Positions 17,641 to 24,192 of a stretch of 34,947 nt of DNA are shown here, one piece after another. The notes under the pieces were generated by a model. The model did no database searches and was not told where the DNA came from. It saw nothing but the letters and a program-made list of their open reading frames with translations. Location of the stretch: contig JBEPZV010000027.1 of assembly GCA_041640655.1 (NCBI GenBank), positions 1 through 34,947 on the forward strand. The letters are read 5' to 3'. Position 1 is the stretch's first letter; each line of letters starts with the position of its first letter. Source of the stretch: a bacterium (lineage in GTDB: Bacteria > Acidobacteriota > Blastocatellia > HR10). The position numbers and the translations under genes were made by a program.

Positions 17641-18558
17641 TTACGGATAGTGGAGCGCAACCAGATACTCCGCGATCTTCTGAAGGCGCTTCCCACTCCG
17701 GCCGTAGAGCAGTAGCCGATAGGTCCCCGGACTCAGGAACGTGCGATCCAGCGTGAGGGTGAAATTTCCCCGCCGGTCTCGTTGCCACCCGACTGCACGC
17801 CAGCGAACGCCCCCCTGCCGATCCACAATCTCGATGGCGTAGCTCGAATACTCGGGCAGCCCCTCCCCGTTGAGAACCAGCGTGAAGCTTCTCGCCCCCG
17901 GCGAAACGGTGACCCGATTGACCGGGTCCGTCTGCCCGGATCGCAAAAGCGCTTCTTGTGAGAAGACGTCATAGACCGGAATGTTCAGTTGCGGCTGCCG
18001 AAGCCGAGCCAGTTGCGATTCCAGTTCGGTTAATCGCGAGGCATAGTCACGCTCGACGGCGTCCGTCCGGTCCTGAAGGCGACGATGTTCGCGCTCCAGC
18101 TCCAGGCGCCGCGTCTGCTCGGTGTGCAATTGGTGGGCCAACTGCTGCCGCTCCTGCCGCAGGTGGAGCGCCCAGAGGGTCATCAGTCCCACCGCCACCA
18201 GCGCGCTCGCGGCCAGAGCAAAGAGCGCTCGCGCGGGAAACCACGCGCTTTTTCGGAAGACGGCGGCTTCTTCCTCGCGCAGGTGTCGTCGGAAGGCCCG
18301 CCACTGCCGCCGAACGAAGCGTTCGCCGACCGGTTCCTCTCCCTCCCGAACGTCGTCGAAGAAATCTGCCACGTCTTTGAAGGCTGCCAGGCACCGATCG
18401 CACTGCACCAAATGCGACTGCACGGCGTCCGCGTCGGCCGCCTCAAGTTGCCCCCGATGATATGCCATCAGCTCCTCGTCATCGAGATGACGTCCCAGGC
18501 GGTCTTCCCATCCCCCGCCGAGAGCTTCCCAGTATCGTCGCAATTCCTCGCTGCTCAT
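17641..18558 (-). CDS. Transmembrane zf-HC2 anti-sigma factor with coiled coil and extracytoplasmic beta domain
   Basis: HLDDEEL...HLVQCDRC; TM ALFALAASALVAVGLMTLWAL; RBS GGAGGAGG; downstream of an ECF sigma. Confidence 0.85.
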   Translation of the reverse strand: MSSEELRRYWEALGGGWEDRLGRHLDDEELMAYHRGQLEAADADAVQSHLVQCDRCLAAFKDVADFFDDVREGEEPVGERFVRRQWRAFRRHLREEEAAVFRKSAWFPARALFALAASALVAVGLMTLWALHLRQERQQLAHQLHTEQTRRLELEREHRRLQDRTDAVERDYASRLTELESQLARLRQPQLNIPVYDVFSQEALLRSGQTDPVNRVTVSPGARSFTLVLNGEGLPEYSSYAIEIVDRQGGVRWRAVGWQRDRRGNFTLTLDRTFLSPGTYRLLLYGRSGKRLQKIAEYLVALHYP

Positions 18559-18626
18559 CGTCCCTCCTCCGCGAGAGTGCGCAAACGAAGGTCTCGCCGC
18601 GCCTTCCCGGCAAACGCGATGTTCAT
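18555..18626 (-). CDS. 23-aa linker minigene (MNIAFAGKARRDLRLRTLAEEGR)
   Basis: ATGA overlap with the sigma stop (18623-18626) and ATGA overlap with the anti-sigma start (18555-18558). Confidence 0.35.
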   Translation of the reverse strand: MNIAFAGKARRDLRLRTLAEEGR

Positions 18627-19240
18627 GGGAGCCCCTCGCCGAAGACCGCAGCGAGTTTCGCCTGAAGCGCCCGCCGCCCCTGATGAAGATGAGCTTTGAC
18701 GGTATTGACGGAGAGGCCCATGATGGTCGCGATCTCCTGAACGGATTGTTCCTTCACGATTCGGAGGTACAGACAGCGGCGCATCTGCGGCGGCAGCTCC
18801 TCGAGGGCCTCGCGCAGCTTCTCCAACTTCTCCTTCTGCAGCACTCTCTCCATTGGATCGGCTCCACCGGTCACGACGTGCCGGGCCTCGCGATCGGACT
18901 CCGACGCGTGCGCCTGCTGCTCTTCCAGCGGGACCTGGGCGACGGCCCGCTTTTTCGCCCCTCGCCGCTCCATCTCGTTGATGTAGACATTCTTCGCGAT
19001 CCGATATAGCCATAACTCGAATTGGGCGGCCTCCCGCAGCTCGCCCAACCCTCTATAGACAGAAAAAAACGCCTCCTGGGTGAGGTCGCGCGCATCTTCC
19101 GACGACAACCCCTTTCGGCAGAAGAAGCGATAGAGCTGGCCGTAGTAGCGCTCGAACAGCAGGCGGAAGTTCTCTTCCCTGTCCCGCCCCTGTTGCAATT
19201 CCCGGATGATCACCGCCGTCGGCTTCTCCGACCCGATCAT
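18623..19240 (-). CDS. ECF-family RNA polymerase sigma factor (sigma 2)
   Basis: FRLLFERYY..EDARDLTQEAF..WLYRIAKN; region 4 LPPQMRRCL..EIATIMGLSVNTVKAHLHQGR. Confidence 0.93.
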   Translation of the reverse strand: MIGSEKPTAVIIRELQQGRDREENFRLLFERYYGQLYRFFCRKGLSSEDARDLTQEAFFSVYRGLGELREAAQFELWLYRIAKNVYINEMERRGAKKRAVAQVPLEEQQAHASESDREARHVVTGGADPMERVLQKEKLEKLREALEELPPQMRRCLYLRIVKEQSVQEIATIMGLSVNTVKAHLHQGRRALQAKLAAVFGEGLP

Positions 19241-19276
19241 GCTCAGGATTATACTCCTCCGAGGCCCACAACGTCA

Positions 19277-19362
19277 TCACGGCCCTACCGTGAGGGGCGC
19301 GCGCTGGCCAGGAGAAATGTGGACGTTTTGAAATTCCCGCTCATCCATCCAGGCGGAGAAGA
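19277..19362 (-). pseudogene. 3' fragment of a DUF2442-like gene interrupted by the IS607 element
   Basis: Reads VFSAWMDEREFQNVHISPG..., in frame with the 5' fragment once 19363-21066 is removed. Confidence 0.65.
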
Positions 19363-19545
19363 CCGTTGCCGGGACCATAGAAATCTATCCCCGACATCCG
19401 CCCGTTGCCGGGCGGAGGCGCCGGTCTTACGCGCAAGCCGCGCTGCCGGCTTCCCGCTTCCTCCAGGACTGCCTGCCCACTCCAGGTCTTACGTCCCGTC
19501 CACGGGCGTTTTCCGTCTCCGGTCCACTCCCGGCGACGGCGGCCG
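19345..19545 (-). ncRNA. Putative TnpB omega/reRNA scaffold plus flank-derived guide
   Basis: Overlaps the tnpB 3' end and the right end (hairpin TCCGCCCG-gcaa-CGGGCGGA; ends ...GGCAACGG). The 5' boundary is approximate. Confidence 0.55.
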
Positions 19546-20692
19546 CAAGGACCGCAAGGTTGCGTGCCGCGTTCTCGTCCCGATCCAGGACCAGACCGCA
19601 AGCACCGCACCGAAACGTGCGCTCCCACAGGGGCAACTTCTCCTTCACCGCTCCGCAGTGGGAGCACGTCTTGCTGCTCGGCCAGAACCTGTCCGCCTCC
19701 ACCAGGCGCGATCCGTACCACACGCACTTGTACGCCAGCATCCTACGCAACTCGGCCGGTGCAGCGTCCGCAACTGCCCGCGCCAGGCAGCGGTTCCGCC
19801 TCATCCCCGCCACGCAGAGCCGCTCCACCACGATGACGCCGTAGGTTCGCGCCAGGCGCGTCGTGAGCTTGTTCCAGACATCACGCCGGATGTTGGCCAC
19901 GCGGCTGTGGGCACGCGCAAGCCTCCGCCTGGTCTCCTCATAGTTCTGACTCCCCCGCTTCCGGCGCCCAAGCTCCCGGTTCAGACGCGCGATCCTGCGC
20001 AGCGCGGCCTTGAGCGGGCGCGGGTTTTCCACCCGCTCACCCGTCGAGAGGACGGCCAGGTGTCGCAGCCCGGCGTCCACGCCTACCGCGACGTCGGGGA
20101 ACCTGGGGGCTTTCGGCTCGCGCTCCACCTCGCAGGTGAAACTCACAAACCACCGCCCGCCTTCATGGGAGACCGTCGCTCGCAGGATGCGGGCTTTCCC
20201 CGCTTCGATCTTTTCCACGAGCGCCGTCGTCAGTTCATACGTTCGCACTCGTCCGATCCGAGGGAGGACGACGGGGCTTTTGTCATCCACCCGGATCGCC
20301 CCGGTGGTGAAGCACACCGACTCCCGGCCCCGCCCCTTCTTCCGCAAGCGGGGGAAGCCTACCCGGCGACCGCTGCGCCTGCCTTTCCTGCTGTCGGACC
20401 AGTTCTTCAGGGCCGCCGCCAGGCCCGCAAGCCCCGACGAGTACGCCTCCTTTGAGTTCTCCCGCCACCAGGGAGCAGCCGTCTCCTTCGCCCGGTTCCA
20501 TTCCCGCCGCAAGGCAGGAAGCGTCCAGGGCACCTCCACATCCTCGCCCCGCTTGCGGGCTTCCAACCGCTCCTTCACCAGCACCAGCCCCCAGTTGAAG
20601 GCGAAGCGCCGGGCGCCCACATGCGAAGCCAGCGCCCGCGCGGCGCGGGGGGACGGATCAAGGGCAAAGCGGTATGCCTGATGCACGATCAT
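19427..20692 (-). CDS. tnpB: IS607-family RNA-guided endonuclease TnpB
   Basis: N-terminal AYRFALDP..GARRFAFNW; RuvC D (VGVDAG), E (IVVERL) and D (DRDENAARN); zinc finger CSHC..CGAC. Confidence 0.95.
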   Translation of the reverse strand: MIVHQAYRFALDPSPRAARALASHVGARRFAFNWGLVLVKERLEARKRGEDVEVPWTLPALRREWNRAKETAAPWWRENSKEAYSSGLAGLAAALKNWSDSRKGRRSGRRVGFPRLRKKGRGRESVCFTTGAIRVDDKSPVVLPRIGRVRTYELTTALVEKIEAGKARILRATVSHEGGRWFVSFTCEVEREPKAPRFPDVAVGVDAGLRHLAVLSTGERVENPRPLKAALRRIARLNRELGRRKRGSQNYEETRRRLARAHSRVANIRRDVWNKLTTRLARTYGVIVVERLCVAGMRRNRCLARAVADAAPAELRRMLAYKCVWYGSRLVEADRFWPSSKTCSHCGAVKEKLPLWERTFRCGACGLVLDRDENAARNLAVLAAAVAGSGPETENARGRDVRPGVGRQSWRKREAGSAACA

Positions 20693-21009
20693 GGCTCACA
20701 AGCCGCCTTCACGGCCCTCTCCGCCCGCCGCCTGGCGGAGCGCCGCCCGTACAGCCGGGCGCAGAAGCTTGTCAGGACCTCGATCATGTCCTGCACGAGA
20801 TCGTCCTTTTATCTCGGTCGGCTCCATCACAACGAGCCTCCGCCCGGACGCGGCCAAGGCGGCCTCAATGTACTCCGCTCCGGTACGTCCACCAGGATGG
20901 TGCCCGTCGGTGTCTGGCGGGCAGGTACCGGGAGCTTGCCCCGCCTCCACCACAGCCAGGCGGTCTTGTACGAGATGCCGTTGGCCCGTGCCCAGGCTGA
21001 GAGTTTCAT
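20689..21009 (-). pseudogene. tnpA: IS607 serine-recombinase transposase TnpA with internal deletion and frameshift
   Basis: MKLSAWARANGISYKTAWLWWRRGKLP (MerR-like HTH) jumps out of frame to EYIEAALAASGRRLVV; a +1 A precedes DDLVQDMIEVLTSFCARLYGRR. The catalytic YARVS region is absent. Confidence 0.88.
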
Positions 21010-21066
21010 GGAAGCACCATACCACGAAATGGACCATATTTCTATAAAAGCCTCAGCAGCTACGAA

Positions 21067-21175
21067 CCCCCTTGCCGACGAGGCCGGAGAGATCCACGAC
21101 GCCTTCCACGCCATCCGAGAACTTGACCCACAGTCTATAGTTCTCCAGCGGTTTGACTTCGATCGGTCTCGGCAT
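21067..21175 (-). pseudogene. 5' fragment of a DUF2442-like (antitoxin-type) gene
   Basis: MPRPIEVKPLENYRLWVKFSDGVEGVVDLSGLVGKG with RBS AAGAGGGAG. Confidence 0.75.
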
Positions 21176-21305
21176 AGATCTCCCTCTTGTCACTGTCCGC
21201 GATGCTTTATTCCACTATGCTCACGCCTACAACCCACTCGCTCCCCCGACACCATCGGAGACGACCCATTCAGGAAGCGAAGGACGCGCATCGTCCCCGG
21301 CAACC

Positions 21306-21377
21306 GCCTAACGGCCTGCGCTTCACCTGCGCCATGAAGCGCGGTGGAGCAGCGTCTGGGGCAAGCCCGTGTTGGAT
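21306..21377 (-). other. Degenerate integron attC-like recombination site
   Basis: Starts 5 nt after the hicA stop: R'' ATCCAAC (RYYYAAC) ... R' GTTAGGC (GTTRRRY); 72-bp imperfect inverted repeat. Confidence 0.55.
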
Positions 21378-21382
21378 GGCAC

Positions 21383-21526
21383 CTAGGCTCGAAGCAACTT
21401 GCGAAACTCTTCAACTTCTCGCCACATATGCAGATGACTGCCCTTCTGTCGCTTCTTCACGAAGCCGGCGCGTTCCAGCGCTCTCACTAACTTCTGACCG
21501 TCTATGCGGGGAAGTTTCTCACTCAT
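21383..21526 (-). pseudogene. hicA: HicA toxin with in-frame internal deletion (47 aa)
   Basis: MSEKLPRIDGQKLVRALERAGFVKKRQKGSHLHMWRE is joined directly to VEEFRKLL; the usual VPxH...GTLxxIL segment is absent. ATGA overlap with hicB. Confidence 0.75.
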
Positions 21527-21756
21527 GAAGCCACCGGTACCGAGAGACGGGTAATGAACACCGGTTCGCGCTCCACCGGCACCGGCTCGCCATCTTCAAG
21601 CATGCTTTGGACATGAAGCTCGATGGCTTCCAGGATGTTCGCACGGACCTCATCAATCGTGTCGCCAAAGGTGTGGCAACCGGGCAGGGCGGGCACGTAT
21701 GCGTGGAATCCCTGCTCGTCAGGTTCAATCACGACGGTGAAGTGATAGATCGGCAT
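21523..21756 (-). CDS. hicB: HicB-family antitoxin
   Basis: FTVVIEPDEQGFHAYVPALPGCHTFGDTIDEVRANILEAIE; RBS GGAGGTG. Confidence 0.92.
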   Translation of the reverse strand: MPIYHFTVVIEPDEQGFHAYVPALPGCHTFGDTIDEVRANILEAIELHVQSMLEDGEPVPVEREPVFITRLSVPVAS

Positions 21757-21984
21757 TTCGCCCCACCTCCGTGCTCAGCGGGCAGTCTCCACACGAGACG
21801 CTCACGCCGTCGTCTGTCGGCCTGAGACACCCGCGTGGATTGTTTCTTTGCTTTCATGGCATTCGCCATGCTTTGAGTGATCCTCTGTCATGTTAGATGA
21901 TCTCCGTCTAACACGCAATGCGTCACCCGAGTTTTGGGCACCTCAACCGCCCCGGACTGACCAACATCTTCTGAGGGTCGCGAG

Positions 21985-22222
21985 CGAATGATCCGCCCAA
22001 TAGTGGAAACGGAGGGAACCTGCAGGTTGTGCTTGTGGCAAAACCCTTCCAAAAGGGGCGGGAGCTTCTCCTTCCCGATGTTGGGCGAGACCTGCCGCCG
22101 CGGCCCAGTCTCCGTCACAAGCTCCGGTGGGTGTGATGCTCGCCGCATCCGCTTGGGATGGGCAGGATGTCGGCGTCAACGCCTCCTGCCGTTCCCCGGC
22201 CTCTTGCAGCTTCCGGTGCCAT
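21985..22222 (-). pseudogene. Transposase remnant, IS481-like N-terminal region, frameshifted
   Basis: Fragments in two frames: WHRKLQEAGE..EALTP and HPPELV..PNIGKEKL..VPSVSTIGRII. Confidence 0.5.
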
Positions 22223-22457
22223 GGGCCTTCGTTTGTCCGCGCGATCGGCGACCGCAAGAGGGAAGCCCTCCCGGTGGCAGGCTTTCGATCCCCCACCCGG
22301 CCAAAAGTTTCGACCCCGCGGCTGCCCCGTTTGCCCGCGCCCCTGCTTGCGCGAGCGCGTCCGACAAAAGTCCCGGCGGCCGACTAAACCTTTCCTCCGT
22401 TTTCCTGTCTTATTCTGGGCGGAAGCGGTACGAAGATCTCGCGAAGGAGGGAGAACA

Positions 22458-22886
22458 ATGATCGAGACGCGAAAGACACTGCTCGCCGCGACACTCGGGG
22501 CGATGATCCTCACGGGCGTCGCCCACGCACAGAACAGCCGCAGCTACTGGGGCTGGTCCCAACAAAGCGGCTCCTCGACCTATACCACGCTCTACGGCAG
22601 CGACGGGAGCGTGATCTCCGGGTCGTCGTATCGCATGGGCTCGCTCACACTCTATAGCCTCTCGGACAACAGCGGTCGTTCCCTCTGGGGCTCTTCCTAT
22701 CGGAGCGATCCACTGACCTTCTACAACTTCTTCACAAATGACGGCGACTCGATCAGAGGGACGATACAGCGGCTCGGTTCGCTCACCTCTTACAGCTTCA
22801 CGAGCAATAGTGGAAGCTCGCTGACGGGCTCCTCGTATCGGCTGGGTTCCCTGACCATCTTCAACTTCTCCATCCGTCAGTGGTAA
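22458..22886 (+). CDS. Secreted Ser/Gly/aromatic-rich protein built from 23-aa repeats
   Basis: RBS AAGGAGG; signal peptide ending AHA; repeats GxSxxGSSYRxGSLTxYxFxxNx. Confidence 0.8.
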   Translation: MIETRKTLLAATLGAMILTGVAHAQNSRSYWGWSQQSGSSTYTTLYGSDGSVISGSSYRMGSLTLYSLSDNSGRSLWGSSYRSDPLTFYNFFTNDGDSIRGTIQRLGSLTSYSFTSNSGSSLTGSSYRLGSLTIFNFSIRQW

Positions 22887-23016
22887 GAGAGTACTTTGGC
22901 AGAGCGCATCCCGCGCCTCTCAGACCAACGCGGGATGCGCCCCATCAGCATCCGATCACACTATGAGAAACAACGACACTCAGGTCAGTTCCTATCTCGC
23001 CTATCGTCATGGCTCC

Positions 23017-23196
23017 ATGGGTTATCTCAAACGATGCAGCGACTGTGGAGAGACGATCTACCTCTGGCGCGGGTTCGATGGGAAATGGCGGCCTTACGAA
23101 TCCTGGATCGCCGGAAATGCTCCCGAGGGCGAGTGGATCCTCCATAGATGTGGGGAGCGGGAGGACGACGATGGCATATTAGTCGTCGAGGAGTAA
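23017..23196 (+). CDS. Small putative zinc-finger protein (start may be 22963)
   Basis: CSDC...HRC metal-ligand pattern. Confidence 0.5.
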   Translation: MGYLKRCSDCGETIYLWRGFDGKWRPYESWIAGNAPEGEWILHRCGEREDDDGILVVEE

Positions 23197-23225
23197 CGAG
23201 TAGATCCTCCATAGATGTGGGGAGC
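23130..23225 (+). repeat. 29-bp direct repeat pair separated by 38 bp
   Basis: CGAGTGGATCCTCCATAGATGTGGGGAGC (23130-23158) and CGAGTAGATCCTCCATAGATGTGGGGAGC (23197-23225). Confidence 0.85.
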
Positions 23226-23387
23226 AGCGGATCTCACTCACGGACTTGTCAGCCTCGGATGTGAGGATGTGATGAAGTAACACGTCAGGCGCGCAAGCGC
23301 CCCGATTCCCGTGAGCCGGTGCCCAGATTTCTCCCGACGGCAACGGCTCACGGGTCATCAGCCCCAACCCGGAGGGAGGAGACACTT

Positions 23388-23954
23388 ATGAGGAAATTCG
23401 CGCTCGTTTGCTTTTGCTTGTCAGCGGTGATCGTCATGGCGGCACGTGGCTACCAGAAGCCGCCACAATCGGCGACCGGCGAGTCTTCGCCTGTTCACAT
23501 CGTCGGAGAGAGCAACCGGAAACCAGAGGGCCTCTCGGAGGACCTCTTCAAGCTATGGCGATCTTTGACCGAGCAACAGCTTCGATCCTCCGAAGAGACA
23601 CAGGCCAGCTCGGCCGAGTTTCTCCTTCGAGGTGACTACATCTTCTCCTCGACCGGAGCCTCTTATAGCCTCGGTCGCACCGACATCCAGAGCGCCATCG
23701 GGGGATTCACCTTCGATGGAAGCGGCAACTTCACGGGATTTCAGCAGTCGCGGACGCTCTTCACCGGCACGCAGACCTTCAGATTCGGCGGAACATACAC
23801 GGTAGACGCGAGCGGCGTGGGACTCCTGTTCTACCTCTACCCGGATGTGCAGACGCAGACCATCATCGTCGTCAAAGGCGGAGATGCCTTCTTCTTCGTG
23901 GACGTCAACAGCTCGAACTTTCGGGAGGCGGGCTATGCGCGGCGGCTCTATTGA
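23388..23954 (+). CDS. Secreted hypothetical protein with beta-strand-rich C-terminal domain
   Basis: RBS GGAGGAG; signal MRKFALVCFCLSAVIVMAA; alternating beta strands (FTFDGSGNFTG, GTYTVDASG). Confidence 0.7.
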   Translation: MRKFALVCFCLSAVIVMAARGYQKPPQSATGESSPVHIVGESNRKPEGLSEDLFKLWRSLTEQQLRSSEETQASSAEFLLRGDYIFSSTGASYSLGRTDIQSAIGGFTFDGSGNFTGFQQSRTLFTGTQTFRFGGTYTVDASGVGLLFYLYPDVQTQTIIVVKGGDAFFFVDVNSSNFREAGYARRLY

Positions 23955-24192
23955 CGCTTCCGGCTTCGAGCCTTCGCACGGCGGACGAAACGGCCACAGG
24001 GAGAGGATGCCCCTCAGCGGCGTGGAAGGGTCGCGCCTGCGGACGCACGGGCAGAACAAGAAGGCTTCGCTCGAGAGAAATCTTGCCGCAAGGTGGCTCC
24101 CCCTTCCGGCAGGACGGTCCGAAGTGGTATCTCACATGAGCTTCGTCCGGTGGAGTTCACCGGAGCGAAGGACAAAAAGGAGGTGATGAACC

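Larger units (their letters stand above)
19363..21066 (-). mobile_element. IS607-family insertion sequence (non-autonomous; tnpA decayed, tnpB intact)
   Basis: tnpA(S)-tnpB order. Right end ...GCAACGG; left junction follows a G run. Subterminal motif ATAGA..TATGGTCC at both ends. Removal restores a reading frame. Confidence 0.85.

Noticed and set aside
17130..17715. Short ORFs in the 17.0-17.6 kb gap
   Set aside because: No motifs, RBS or typical composition; the region is better explained by a promoter, palindromes and a structured RNA.
23130..23225. Bona fide CRISPR array
   Set aside because: Only two repeats, no cas genes or leader, and the first repeat lies in a coding region; kept only as a low-level finding.
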